From contig OX597817.1 of NCBI GenBank assembly GCA_951406725.2, forward strand, positions 47,802,001 through 47,866,000: 64,000 nt of DNA. Reading direction: 5' to 3'. How positions within the stretch are numbered: the first letter of the stretch is position 1; each line of letters opens with the position of its first letter. The stretch comes from Octopus vulgaris (taxonomy: Eukaryota). The position numbers and the translations under genes were made by a program. Positions 35,257 to 52,174 of this stretch are shown here, piece by piece. Under the pieces are notes generated by a model. It was not told where the DNA came from. It saw only the letters and a program-made list of their open reading frames with translations, and ran no database searches.

Positions 35257-35565
35257 TGTTTCTTTATTAGCCACACAGGGCTGCACACAGATAGAATAAA
35301 TTACAAGGTAGAGCTTTTCTTTTGAAGGTTTAAAAAAAAAAAATAAGGGGGGAGTTTCGATCAAAAGGGATCGTAAAAGGAGAGAAAGAGGACAAAAAAG
35401 GGGGGGTTAAAAAAAAGGGGGAGAGGAAAAAAAAATTGATCAATAGGGATCGTTATCACAGAAATGTCAATATGAAGTGTAAAGGGGAGGACAGGTGAGG
35501 TTAACCCGTGGAAAGAAAAGCCTACGGAAAAGACCACGGTAACCTCGGTCAATGGAGTCACATGT
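35255..35565 (-). mobile_element. LINE 3' UTR fragment (Tx1-like tail) running into (TATC)n
   Basis: Minus strand ends GCAGCCCTGTGTGGCTAATAAAGAAACATATCTATC; (TAGA)n tracts on both sides. Confidence 0.55.
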
Positions 35566-35659
35566 TATATTTCATTTTTTTTTTTTTTTTGCGAATAAGC
35601 AACTCTCTGTTTTCAATTTCTGGGTTCATAGGATCATGCTAATTAGATAGATAGATAAT

Positions 35660-35803
<144 letters not shown>

Positions 35804-36239
35804 CAGACGTGCACATAAATACTTATACATACACACTTATTCTATCTGTGAAAAAATATGTGCAAGAGTAAGAAAACATTTCTAAAATGGTACCCGTTTG
35901 TATTTGTGACTCAGCTCATACAAAGGAGTAAGTACTATTTACATATTTGCATATATATCGTCGATGCTTACAACTGCTTTTGATGGTGGTGGTAATGATG
36001 ATGATGATGATGACGTAGCAGATTAATTCGTAATTCCCTCAGTCCCACCCTCTCCCCTCTCTCTCTCTCTCTCCTCTCTCTCCCCTCTCTCTCTCTCCCC
36101 CTCTCTCTCTCTCCTTGTCACACATACTCACATTGTCTTTTAAACTTGTGCTTGATGGTTTAGCTGTTTATATCATGATGACTAAACCAGAGCCTGTGGC
36201 TATGGATGGGGTTCTGTTTGATGGTACACCTACGGACAC

Positions 36240-36913
36240 ACATATTTACATACATGCATACACATAAACGCATACATGCATACATACACACATACATACA
36301 TACATACATACATACATACATACATACACACATACATACATACATATTCATACATACATACATACACGCGCACGCACATACATACATACATTCATACATA
36401 CATACACACATACATACATAGGTACGTACATACATACATACACACACACATACATACATACATACATACATACACACACATAGATACACACACGCACATA
36501 CATACATGCATACATACATACACACATTCATACATACATACATACATACATACGCACACACATACACACATACATACACACACGCGCACGTACATACATA
36601 CATACATACATACATACATACATACATACATACATACATACATTCATGCATGCATACATACATACATACATACATACATACTAGGACCCTGGGATATGTA
36701 ACACACTGCCTAAATACCTATCATGAGAAATTAGGCTTCTCAAAACCAGAAAGGAGAAAGCTGATTCGAAGACTACAGATCCAATCCATCACTGGAACTG
36801 TAAAAATCTGTAAAATTTTCCAGAAGTCTATCATTTAAATATATATATATGTCTAGATATGCAACTATATGCGTGAGAATATACAAATCTGCAAATACAC
36901 ACACAAATATGTA

Positions 36914-36974
<61 letters not shown>

Positions 36975-37852
36975 TTGCTATTATGCTAAACTGTCGTATG
37001 TCAAAATTTGGCCAAATGCGAGTTTCTTTTTTTTTTTTCAATATTTATTTTTGTTTGTAATAGCCGGTTCTTTTCATCAATCTATCGTATCTTCAGCTAC
37101 TTCAGATACCAAGATACAAAAAATTTTTCAAGGTGTAGTATAACGATTTTGCTATGGTGAAACTATTTTTTCCGTTCTCTGAAAAAGCAACGTTTTGGAC
37201 TTACGACACTTTTGCATAATAGCAACGATATATATATATATATATAATACAAAAATGGGAATACAAGAACGCAAAACATCCAGACAGTACATACATACAC
37301 ACACACATACATACATACATACACACACATACACACGATACACACACGCGCACGCACACAACATACATGCATACATACATACACACATTCATACATACAT
37401 ACATACATACATACATACATACATACATACATACATACATACGCACACACATACACACATACATACACACACGCGCACGTACATACATACATACATACAA
37501 ACATACATACATACATACATACATACATACATACATACATTCATGCATGCATACATACATACATACATACATACATACATACATACATACATACATACAT
37601 ACATACATACATACATACTAGGACCCTGGGATATGTAACACACTGCCTAAATACCTATCATGAGAAATTAGGCTTCTCAAAACCAGAAAGGAGAAAGCTG
37701 ATTCGAAGACTACAGATCCAATCCATCACTGGAACTGTAAAAATCTGTAAAATTTTCCAGAATATTATCATTTAAATATATATGAACATGTCTAGATATG
37801 CAACTATATGCGTGAGGATATACAAATCTGCAAATACACACACAAATATGTA

Positions 37853-37913
<61 letters not shown>

Positions 37914-38167
37914 TTGCTATTATGCTAAACTGTCGTATGTCAAAATTTGGCCAAATGCGGGTTTCTTTTTTTTTTTTTTTCAATATTTATTTTTGTTTGT
38001 AATAGCCGGTTCTTTTCATCAATCTATCGTATCTTCAGCTGCTTCAGATACCAAGATACAAAAAATTTTTCAAGGTGTAGTATAACGATTTTGCTATGGT
38101 GAAACTATTTTTTCCGTTCTCTGAAAAAGCAACGTTTTGGACTTACGACACTTTTGCATAATAGCAA

Positions 38168-38227
<60 letters not shown>

Positions 38228-38260
38228 CAAAAATGGGACAAGAACGCAAAACATCCAGAC
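36240..38260. repeat. Tandem duplication, period about 937 bp: (TACA)n, RLE-LINE C-terminal fragment, (TA)n, MITE
   Basis: GGACCCTGGG at 36684 and 37621. Each unit encodes [11 protein letters not shown]...LIRRLQIQSITGTVKICKIF and holds a TIR element (36973-37227; 37912-38169). Confidence 0.9.
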
Positions 38261-38439
38261 AGACGATACGAGGAAAACAAGGATGGATCATTCGGAGTTT
38301 TCTATCCTCAGTCGAGTTCCAGATTATCTTTGCACATTCGGCTGGTTATACTCGAGATTGCTCCAATCTGGCCAGCCCCAAGAAAAAATAAGCTAAGAGC
38401 ATTACATTCCTTGGAAGAAAGCAGCGAATGTATTCAGAA

Positions 38440-38660
38440 ATGTTAGACAAATACAAATATCAGGAAATAACAACAGGTGGGATTCAGAGGCCCAAAAGCT
38501 TTTTAAAATCTTGTCAGAATATCTGTAAGATTGGCATGGAATAGGGGTAGATGTTTTCAAGAAACAACTTGACCTCCCATTGTACAAGGTCCCAGATGAA
38601 CCTACATCATGATAAGAAACTCAACAAAGGGCAGCAAGATCTAATTCCTTTCTTCACCAA
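38440..38660 (+). mobile_element. CR1-group LINE 3' remnant
   Basis: GFRGPKAF...HGIGVDVFKKQLDL...KVPDEPTS...QRAARSNS pattern of mollusc CR1-like ORF2 ends. Confidence 0.6.
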
Positions 38661-38684
38661 AATACTTTTTCAAGTGTATGGCCA

Positions 38685-39085
38685 TACTTTTCTACTCTAG
38701 GCCGAAGGCTCGACATTTTTGGGGAGGTGGGGCCAGTCAATTAGATCGATTCCAGTATGCAACTAGTATTTAATTTGTCGACTCCGAAAGGATGAAAGGC
38801 AAAGTCGACCTCGGTGTAATTTGAACTCAGAACGTAAATACAGACGAAATACCTATTTCTTTACTACCCACAAGGGGCTAAACACAGGGAGGACAAACAA
38901 AGACAGACAAACGGATTAAGTCGATTATATCGACCCCAGTGCGTAACTGCTACTTATTTAATGGACCCCGAAAGGATGAAAGGCAAAGTCAACCTCGGCG
39001 GAATTTGAACTCAGAACGTAGCGGCAGACGAAATACCGCTAAGCATTTCGCCCGGCGTGCTAACGATTCTGCCAGCTCGCCGCCC
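38685..39085 (-). mobile_element. Dimeric SINE family B (second monomer older, different tail)
   Basis: Junction AAGAAATAG|GTATTTCGTC near 38850. Confidence 0.8.
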
Positions 39086-39624
39086 TAAAGAAATGGTCAT
39101 TGAAAAGGTGATAGTACTAGCTGTGCCTCAGCATGGCCACAGCCTTTGGGATGAAATGCATAAAAGACTAGAACACACAAATACGCACGCACACACACAT
39201 ACACACACACAGGTGTTCCTTCGGTATTGGTCTACAGTCTCGGTGTGATAAGACGATGTTTTTCACCCTCTTTTTTTAGCCTAACCTCTTTACCTGCGTC
39301 ATAAGAAAAGGTTGTGTGGGTGAATGATGTCGTGTACCAATACGAAGGATTGCCTGTACACACACACACACATACACACCCAAACACACACACATTTGTA
39401 TATATACTTATGATGGCGCACTGAAAGGTTCCTGGCTTTAAGGGTATCACGAAAGGTCTGGTTGGAGGTCCAACCTTCCAAGTTCTTTCAGAAATCCAGA
39501 AGGACAGCTGCAACAAATGGTTGAATAAAATCATAATTGACTGATTCTTCTGTATTTTCTTTTAGCCAAAGTTAGGAACATTTCATCACCCACCCTCCTC
39601 GTATGTATATAGATAGATAGATAC

Positions 39625-39980
39625 ATAAATACATACATACATACATACATACATACATACATACACACATACATACATACATACATACATACATACATAC
39701 ATACATACATACATACATACATACATACATACATACATACATACATACATACATACATACACACATACATACATACATACATACATGCATGCATGCATGC
39801 ATGCATGCATACATACATACATACATACATACATACATACATACATACACACAGACATACATACATACATACATACACACACACACATACATACATACAT
39901 ACATACATACATATCTACATACACACACACATACATACATACACACACACACACATACATACATACATACATACACACAC

Positions 39981-40013
<33 letters not shown>

Positions 40014-40058
40014 TACACACACATACACACATACATACATACATACATACATACATAA

Positions 40059-40089
<31 letters not shown>

Positions 40090-40188
40090 CATACATACAT
40101 ACATACATACATACATACATACATACATACATACATACATACATACATACATACATACATACATACATACATACATACATACATACAT
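39625..40188. repeat. (TACA)/(CA)n microsatellite
   Basis: Directly visible. Confidence 0.95.
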
Positions 40189-40771
40189 TGCATTGCATTA
40201 TACTGCAAGTGCAATCTGTGGATGGAACAGTAAAAATATGCAAGACTCTTCTCAAGTTCCAGATGTGAATTTTCCTATGTTAACTAAATCCCAAAGATGG
40301 AGCCTTGTATCTCTGTTGGAAACCGGCTCCCTCCTCAAGGGAAGATTTATAATAATAAAAAAAAAAAGAGACGTACATACATATAGACAGAAATTGTATG
40401 ATGGGAACTCGTCGTGTGTGTGTGTGTGAGTGTGTATGACGGGTTGTCATACAATTTCTGTCTATCAAACGCACTCGTAAGACATCGATCGGTTAGGGTT
40501 TAGCAGACGACACTTGACCGAGCTTTTTTTTTATTTCTTTCTTGTTTTTCCATATTCGTTGATTATTAGATATTAATGTGTCATTCTATTGAGAAGGGAT
40601 TAGGGGACACCAGTGTGAGATTGAGCTTAGGGTATTAGTTGGCCTTAATCTGGCCCCGTTGTAGAAGGAACCTGCTCATGGGAGATGACGGGTGCCAGAG
40701 GGAGGTGATGGCTCTTAAAACATACCCCCTCCCACAGATTAAAAATATTTCTGATATGAAAAATTGATAGA

Positions 40772-41730
<959 letters not shown>

Positions 41731-41912
41731 GACACACCGTCAAACAGATATGTATGTGTGTATGTACGTGTTTAGGTAGGTAGGTAGAAAACTTTTTCAC
41801 TCGTATGCAAACGTATAAGAAAATATACAAGAACAAACCAAAAAAAAAATCATATTGACGTGAACATAAATATAAAACATTTTTTTTCTTTTTTAAAACA
41901 ATCGAAACTCAC

Positions 41913-42050
41913 CTATCCATGATATTTTGTAAGCCAAAGGTCCTCACAGCGTAAAAAAAAGTTTCCTTTATAAAGTCTACCGGTGCATTTCAACGTCATT
42001 TAATATTCCTTCTCTGTCGCTTAACAACTCCCCCAGCCCAGCACTAACCA
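41913..42050 (-). promoter_or_regulatory. Candidate non-coding first exon / promoter of the FAM167 gene
   Basis: Consensus donor ATAG|GTGAGT at 41912 in an island of non-repeat sequence; TATAAA-like motif near 41970. Upstream boundary unknown. Confidence 0.3.
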
Positions 42051-42416
42051 TGTGCAATGCATAACTTATCTAATTACTACGAGACCAGGTACAATGACCA
42101 TTAAACCGATAGCAATAAGTGACAATAGCCGCAAATACAAAAAAAAAAAAACGAGCAACAGCAGTAGCAGCAACAGGAACAACACCAGCAGTTTGCGAAT
42201 TAAGTATTCACAAAAGGCTACTGTTGTTTTTATTTTGTATCTCTTGTGTTTTGGATGTGAGGTGTGTCGAAGGGGGGAGGGCATTGCTTTTTGGGTTATT
42301 TTTGGTGGAGAGTAAATGTCGATCGTCGTCGTGTTGCTTATTTACATTTTTCTTTCGTGGTTTTAATGTTGTTGTTGTTTTATTATTATTATTATTATTA
42401 TCATCATCATCATCAT

Positions 42417-42750
42417 TTACTCTTTTACTCTTTTACTTGTTTCAGTCATTTGACTGCGGCCATGCTGGAGCACCGCCTTTAATCGAGCAACTCGACCCCG
42501 GGACTTATTCTTTGTAAGCCCAGTACTTATTCTATCGGTCTCTTTTTGCCGAACCGCTAAGTGACGGGGACGTAAACACACCAGCATCGGTTGTCAAGCA
42601 ATGCTAGGGGGACAAACACAGACACACAAACACACACATACATATATACGACAGGCTTCTTTCAGTTTCCGTCTACCAAATCCACTCACAAGGCATTGGT
42701 CGGCCCGGGGCTATAGCAGAAGACACTTGCCCAAGATGCCACGCAGTCCC
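42417..42750 (-). mobile_element. SINE family A, 5'-truncated with small terminal inversion
   Basis: Family A body; ends GCCACGCAGT-CCC-ACTGCGTGGC just before the (ATT)n tract. Confidence 0.85.
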
Positions 42751-42759
42751 ACTGCGTGG

Positions 42760-44625
<1,866 letters not shown>

Positions 44626-44747
44626 ATTATTATTATTGTTGTTGTTGTTGTTTTTCATTGTTAATCTTTTTTTCTTTAAAATACTTTCCTTGAAACACTC
44701 AACCGTCGAGATCAACGGGAGTGACCACCATTGTATACTGTGTATAC

Positions 44748-44904
<157 letters not shown>

Positions 44905-44922
44905 TTAATAATAATAATAATA

Positions 44923-45125
44923 ACTGGAACGGCTCATGTACTGTGAAAAGCATTATCGCTGTGAAAACAACATCCATGAATTTATTTATTAATTTTTAAA
45001 TACATATTTTATCTGTGAATTTGCGCGTGTAATCTGGGAATGCATACAATGAGCTTCTCTGCCCTAGGTGTACGGAAAATACCCGGCGAGAAACGGATGG
45101 AAATTTGAAGAAAGAAGGAAAAAAC

Positions 45126-45126
<1 letters not shown>
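44923..45126 (+). mobile_element. R4/Dong-type LINE 3' end, second subfamily
   Basis: TGTAHVL*KALSL* parallels LGTAHILRRTLSIQ of the neighbouring element but with a different 3' UTR; (AAT)n on both sides. Confidence 0.65.
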
Positions 45127-45158
<32 letters not shown>

Positions 45159-45159
<1 letters not shown>

Positions 45160-45376
45160 TGATAAAAATATTCAGACAAATACATAACAAAAACAGCAGG
45201 ACTTACAAACACATATAACATACAGAAAATTGCACTACTAGGCACTGCACACATCCTACGCAGAACACTTTCCATACAATAACCATCTGAGCATCACAAC
45301 AAATCACAGCACATACCCAAAGCACACAGAGCTGCGCTCGGTAGTGAAGTGAAAGCACGCTATAAAAATAAAACTA

Positions 45377-45380
<4 letters not shown>
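45159..45380 (+). mobile_element. R4/Dong-type LINE, short 3' fragment
   Basis: Nearly identical to 46384-46613; embedded in (AAT)n. Confidence 0.85.
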
Positions 45381-45468
<88 letters not shown>

Positions 45469-45485
45469 TAATAATAATAATAATA

Positions 45486-46609
45486 TAAAATAACCACCAT
45501 AGGACTGCAAAAATATCTACTTCAGAAGGAAGGAAAACTGATCCAGATAGCGGCAAAACACGAGCAAAACAAAAAAACTGTTCTCAGTATTTAAGGAAGC
45601 TGACAAATACAAACAAGAAATCATACCACCTAATAAACATGAAGAAGAAGAAGAAGAAGAAGAAGATGAAGAAACAACAAAAGCTATAAAAAAAATGAAA
45701 TCCAAACTAAAAATAGAACAGCAACGAACCATGATAAAACGATGGCAAGAAAAGCCCCTTCATGGTAAATACTGGACTAAACTAAACGCAAAAGAAATAG
45801 ACAAAGAAAAATCCCAGCAATGGTTGAGAAGCTCAGGACTCAAAGCAGAAACAGAGGGATTTTTAATTGCAGCACAAGACCAAAGCCTCCCCACCAGAAA
45901 TTACCAAAAACATGTAATGAAAAGAAATATTACAAGTAACTGCAGAATATGTGGAGATGGACAAGAAACAATAAATCATATTATCTCTAGCTACCCAGTC
46001 CTGGCTAAGAAGGAATATATTCACAGACATGACAGAGTTGGAACCTACATACATTGGAAGCTATGCCAACATTATGAAATAACAACAGAAAAAAGATGGT
46101 ATAGGCACACACCAGAAAAGGTCACAGAAAACGAGAAAGCAACCATACTCTGGGATATGCCGATACACACAGATAGAGAAATTAAGGCCAACAGACCAGA
46201 TATAGTTGTCAGAGACCATGAAGAAAAAAATGCTTTCTAATTGATGTATCAGTACCGGCAGATGACAACGTGTCTCTAAAAGAAATGGAGAAACTCTCAA
46301 AATACAAAGACCTGGAAATAGAGGTAACTAGAATGTGGAATCTGAAAACAGAAACAATTCCTATCATAGTAGGTGCATTAGGCATGATAAAAAAATATTC
46401 AGACAAATACATAACAAAAACAGCAGGACTTACAAACACATATAACATACAGAAAATTGCACTACTAGGCACTGCACACATCCTACGCAGAACACTTTCC
46501 ATACAATAACCATCAGAGCATCACAACAAATCACAGCACATACCCAAGGCACACAGAGCTGCGCTCGGTAGTGAAGTGAAAGCACGCTATAAAAATAAAA
46601 ATAAAACTA

Positions 46610-46613
<4 letters not shown>
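45486..46613 (+). mobile_element. R4/Dong-clade non-LTR retrotransposon 3' part (zinc knuckle and restriction-like endonuclease), frameshifted
   Basis: W..KPLHG, ETEGFLIAAQDQ.L.TRNY, CRICG...ETINHIISSY (last Cys mutated), RHDRV, ILWD..I.TD..I.ANRPDIV, LIDVSVP, KE.EK..KY.DL, PIIVGALG; frameshift near 46225; flanked by (TAA)n, the known Dong target. Confidence 0.9.
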
Positions 46614-46695
<82 letters not shown>

Positions 46696-46699
46696 CAAC

Positions 46700-46964
46700 T
46701 TCATTCAACATCCTTAAACAACCCTTATTCGGGGACCTTTTGAGCGGGATGGGTTATTCGACCAGAAGAAAATTCTAACTGGGCCCCACCTGCAAGGTCA
46801 TGTGCTGTTTATCTTGACATTAGAACACCATGTCGCACACAGATGGTTGTGATGCATGTGCCTAGTGTACCCTTATCAGACAGGTAGTCATGATGGGTAT
46901 ACTGGGCTTCGTAAATTTCACCCCAGTGTCACTTTGATGGCATGCACTGCTCGCTCTCTCACTC

Positions 46965-46965
<1 letters not shown>
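46700..46965 (+). mobile_element. Family F copy in opposite orientation
   Basis: Ends CTCTCTCACTCAATAATAAT on the plus strand where the microsatellite reads (AAT)n; a more 5' diverged piece lies at about 47141-47370. Confidence 0.85.
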
Positions 46966-47058
<93 letters not shown>

Positions 47059-47102
47059 GATATATATATACTACCAATACTACTACTACTACTACTACTA
47101 CT

Positions 47103-47136
<34 letters not shown>

Positions 47137-47528
47137 TGATAAGTGCCCCGATGTAGTACCAGGCAGTGGCTTCATCATGACCTCTGATCTTAACTGATTG
47201 GAAGTGTTATCATGTAAATTATTTTGCCTTCACATAAAAGATGGTCTTCAGCAAATATTCTTCTCAATGTCACAAATTTGCTTGTCAGTTGTTTGACCTT
47301 AACCAGTTGAGCATGTCCCTTAGTGGCTGACGATATGTGCATCTCTCATGGGTGTTTCGTTCAGCATCCTACAAAGGGCTAGCTGTGTCACAGTCTGTGT
47401 CACGCCGAATCTACCCGAGCTCAGCTACTTGCATGTAACCGACGGAGTGCCACGATATATATATATATATATATATATATATGGATCTTTTCATTTTCAA
47501 AAAATTGGCTTCGAAAATGAAAAGATCC

Positions 47529-47601
<73 letters not shown>

Positions 47602-47627
47602 TAGTAGTAGTAGTAGTGGTGGTGGTG

Positions 47628-47689
<62 letters not shown>

Positions 47690-47699
47690 GGTAGTGGTG

Positions 47700-47731
<32 letters not shown>

Positions 47732-47756
47732 GGTGGTGGTGGTGGTAGTAGTAGTG

Positions 47757-47794
<38 letters not shown>

Positions 47795-47804
47795 AGTGGT
47801 GGTG

Positions 47805-47836
<32 letters not shown>

Positions 47837-47863
47837 GGTGGTGGTGGTGGTGGTAGTAGTAGT
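47529..47863. repeat. (GTA)/(GTG)n trinucleotide repeat
   Basis: Directly visible. Confidence 0.95.
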
Positions 47864-48059
47864 AATGGGGGGAGGGATTTAGTTGTGTTGCTTTTTCAAC
47901 TGCTGTTCATGTTATTGTTATGCTAACTACCACTTGTTAACGCTTGCTGGTCATTAGACACAAGCGTAGAACAATGACACACACACACACACACACACTC
48001 GACACATACCTGCATAACTACATATAGGAAAACGCATTCATATTATACATACAAACATT

Positions 48060-48444
48060 CTGGGAAGCACTCCGTCGGTTACGACGATGAGGGTTCCGGT
48101 TGATCCGAATCAACGGAACAGCCTGCTCGTGAAATAAACGTGTAAGTGGCTGAGCACTCCACAGACACGTGTACCCTTAACGTAGTTCAAGGGGATATTC
48201 AGCGTGACACAGAGAGTGACAAGGCCGGCCCTTTGAAATACAGGTACAACAGAAACAGGAAGTAAGAGTGAGAGAAAGTTGTGGTGAAAGAGTACAGCAG
48301 GGATCACCACCATCCCCTGCCGGAGCCTCGTGGAGCTTTAGGTGTTTTCGCTCAATAAACACTCACAACGCCCGGTCTGGGAATCGAAACCGCGATCCTA
48401 TGACCGCGAGTTCGCTGCCCTAACCACTGGGCCATTGCGCCTAC
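48060..48444 (-). mobile_element. SINE family E, tail type 2
   Basis: Same head as 31247 copy, different 3' half; 13-bp TSD ACATACAAACATT (48047-48059, 48445-48457). Confidence 0.85.
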
Positions 48445-48866
48445 ACATACAAACATTATACGCATGTATTTGTGTGAGTGTGTGTGTGTGTGTCTATATT
48501 CTCTTTTTTGTTTTATTCTTTTACTTGTTAAAGTCATTAGACCGCCTTTGAACACTTGAACAAAGAATCGACCCTAGTATTTTCAACAGCTTCTTTCAGT
48601 TTCCGTTTACCAAATCTACTCACAAAGCTTTGCCCTAGGTACCACGTAGAGGGACTGAACCTGGAACCATGTGGTTAGGAGGCAGATAGCTACAAAATTT
48701 CTGAGTCAGTATTCGAAATGGAATCCTCATTTTCCTACACGTCCTCGGCCTATTGTTCTTGCCTTTTGCAGCAACAGATTTATGAGAATAAGCTGATCTG
48801 TATTATGTAGGTAGTTAGGGAAAATCTTAGCTGTTTCCTCTTGAAGCACGTCTGCTTATTCTATTA

Positions 48867-49238
48867 CTAGCAGTATCGCCCGGCGTTGCTCGGGTTTGTA
48901 AGGGAAATAACTATAAAGCATTTTTAGAGAGTTATAGCCAAAAAATGGGAAAAAAAATGATGGTAAATTTTTTTTTAGTTAAAAAGGTCGAGTTGCGTCC
49001 CCTAGACAGTCTGTGGTTTGTGTTTCTGATTCTCGACCCCATGTCGAATTTATCGATTTTTTTCAGAACTGGGGGAACTTTTCAAAATTTTCGCTGCGTT
49101 AGTTTTGAATTATGACATTGGGCTATGTGTGTGTCAAGTTTCATCAGAATCGGTTGAAAGCCGTGGTCAGGGTGAGGGTACAACGTAACAGACACACAGA
49201 AACACACACAGACAAACTGCCGTTTATATATAGAGAGA
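48867..49238 (-). mobile_element. Non-autonomous Helitron
   Basis: A|TCTCTCTATATATAAAC 5' end, CCCGAGCAACGCCGGG hairpin, CTAG|T end. Confidence 0.85.
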
Positions 49239-49498
49239 TTACAATCCAATATGTAGTCTCAGTTGCTGTTGTGTGTCAGTTCAAAATACAAATTAAAATT
49301 GAGAATTAAGGAAATATTATTTGCAGAGTTATTGTGTAACAAAACAAGAAATTGGAAAGTATCTTTTTCTTTTTTTGTATTATTCATTCGCCATTGCACG
49401 TGTTTCATTTGTTAATAGAAATTACAAAGTTTTACATGTTAGATACACATGTAAAGAATTTCTTGTTAGAATATATATGTATATGCCTGTATATATGA

Positions 49499-49535
<37 letters not shown>

Positions 49536-50136
49536 GGCGTGTATGTTTTACTGTGACAAACGAAATATACACCGCCAGAAGTTCTTGTTGACAAACAACA
49601 GCAGTAATTTTATTCAACTGAGTACACGTCATTGATTGGTTGAAATTACCGAAATACTACAACTTTAACGTTGAAATAACTTCCTAAATATAAGCTTTTC
49701 TCAAAAACGCTAAGATTAAAAGATGTGTTATATGACACATTATACCAGTGTCCGAAGTTCGAAAGTGTTTACTTACAAAAAATTATTTTAAAAATCTGTC
49801 GGTCAAAAGGTAAAGATCCGAGACTGAAACTGTTTAACAGTTAACCTGGTATCAATGCCTCGATTCAGGATCACCATACTCATACCCCACATCGATGTTG
49901 CCAATTTCAATAAAAGACATTCCTGCAATATGATGCATTTTTCACATTTTCTAACCATGAAAACAATTTCATAAAAATTGTAAGTTTAATACTGTATACT
50001 CGTACGTTTTAAATGTAAAAAGTGTGTCATCTTCATTAGAATTTCTTAATTTGTCGTACATGTATAATTTAGCTAACATTTTAATTGCCAGCATCAGTAC
50101 CCGGTACGCATTTAAAATATGGTACGGTAGGGTAAG

Positions 50137-50398
50137 TGGAGGCGTGTGGCTTAGTGGTTAGGGTGTCAGCATCATGATCGTAAGATTGTGGTTTCGGTTC
50201 CTGGACCGGGCTACGTGTTGTGTTCTTGAGCAAAACACTTCATTTCACGTTGCTCCAGTCCACTCAGCTGGCAAAAATGAGTAACGCTGCGATGGACTGG
50301 CGTCCCGTCCAGCTGGGGAACACATACGCCATAGAACCTGGGAAACCGGGCCCATGAACCTGGCTAGGCTTTAAAAGGGCGTGTTTATTTATTGTTTT
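50137..50398 (+). mobile_element. SINE family D, full length
   Basis: 14-bp TSD TACGGTAGGGTAAG (50123-50136, 50399-50412); tRNA-like head. Confidence 0.9.
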
Positions 50399-50657
50399 TA
50401 CGGTAGGGTAAGGTATTAAGATATTTTAAATGACGAGGATGGTTGACGCAGAAGTGTCTAAAGGGGGTCGATGTGGAAGGAGAGGTTGGTAAAGGGAGTC
50501 GGTGGTGGAAAAAGTTAGGCGACTGCTGGTATATACCAAGATTTATATGTAGACCTATAATTTTATGAATATTATTATTCACAAAAAAATTAGGTAATGA
50601 AGCAGTAATTCATTAGCTATTGCTATCCCTTAATGAGGCTATTTTAATCTCTAATTG

Positions 50658-50717
<60 letters not shown>

Positions 50718-50784
50718 TTGCAATATATATATATACTTTGGAGTGTGCTTTTTTTTTTCGGATATATAATACATTGACAATGTA

Positions 50785-51019
50785 CAGGGTGTTCAAAAAG
50801 TCTCTCTGCAGTAAGTTTTTAACGGTTTTCAGGCGATTCTTGTACACTGATCCTTTACTTGCTCTCCAGGAAAAAAATTGTCTGACGGTGTTAAATCAGG
50901 TGATCTTGGTGGCCAAAGTCCCTTCGAAATAATCCGTTCACCAAAAACTCTTGAAGTAGCGCCTTGGTGATGCGCAAGATTAAAAAATTTCACTGAGGAG
51001 AGACTTTTTGAACACCCTA
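50785..51019 (-). mobile_element. Internally deleted mariner-like transposon
   Basis: TIR CAGGGTGTTCAAAAAGTCTC with TA flanks; retains FGERIISKGLWPPRSPDLTPSDNFF transposase motif. Confidence 0.85.
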
Positions 51020-51679
51020 TATATATGCTTGTGTGTTTGCGTGTGTGTGTGTGTGTACGTGCGCGCGTGCGCGTGCGTGCGTACGTACATACATACATAC
51101 ATACATACATACATACACACACACACCGATGTCTTGAATAAATCTTCCAGTTAAGTAGATTTGGCAGTAAGTGCCTGGGAACCTATATGCTATTGTTGCT
51201 TAACTTCGAGTCAAGTTTGACCAAACAGACCAATGATCAAAAGGTTTTATTCATAACCTTCTCAACAGGATTACATTCTCTACTGTGACATTTCGAACTA
51301 GTTTTTACCTTTTCTCTTTTTTCCCCTTTTTCTTTTCTTTTTTTTTTTTTCTTTTTGACGTGAATTCAGCTTGCTTCCGTATCTGAAAGCATAAAAAGGG
51401 CACGGGCATATTAGACGCACCCGGAATACCAAACCAACAGCGTCTATTCAAGATGAATAAAAAGTTTTAGTGCATTGAAGCATGTCATATTGACTTAACT
51501 TCTCATGTGGAACCAGTGGTGTCGCTAATAGGGAAACAATGGGACCGACCGTTACCCCACAACAGGAATCGAACTCACTACTCTGAGCCCGACACTCTAA
51601 CCACTGAGCCATACGCCTTCGCATACATACAACATCTATTGTATATATATTATTCCTTTATTTGTGTTGTATATGTATG

Positions 51680-51724
<45 letters not shown>

Positions 51725-52093
51725 AAAGGATGTGTTATAATGCTATTCCTACTATTCCACAAATACAAAAACAGCCAAACCAACAATCTCACATCCCTCC
51801 ATCATCAGCTGCCGCACGGATATCATTATGGTTTCGACACCTGAGCAGTACCATTCAATCTGGCGGTGTCAACATCACTAAAATAAATGTTGTTTGGAAA
51901 CAAACAAACCAAAGAAACCACATCTTTCAAACACATTTACCCTATGTACAACCGTATCAGATTCGAACCCGTGATCCCTCGACCACGAGTCCGCTGCTCT
52001 AACCACTAGGTCATGTGCCTCCACTCCGATATGAGTAGGGAACCACTAACAAATAGCAGATAGAGCGACGCGCTGTTTCAGTGCATGGCCGCA

Positions 52094-52135
<42 letters not shown>

Positions 52136-52174
52136 CACTACCACCACCACCACCACTACCACCACCAACAACTA

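Noticed and set aside
38285-38320. CTGAGGA-TA-GAAA on the minus strand as a hammerhead core
   Set aside because: No stem II and no convincing stem I pairing.
45695-46509. 181-aa and 79-aa ORFs as a host gene
   Set aside because: Frameshifted, 5'-truncated retrotransposon ORF with a mutated zinc knuckle.
47348-47926. Poly-Val and Gly/Ser ORFs
   Set aside because: (GTA)/(GTG)n repeat translations.
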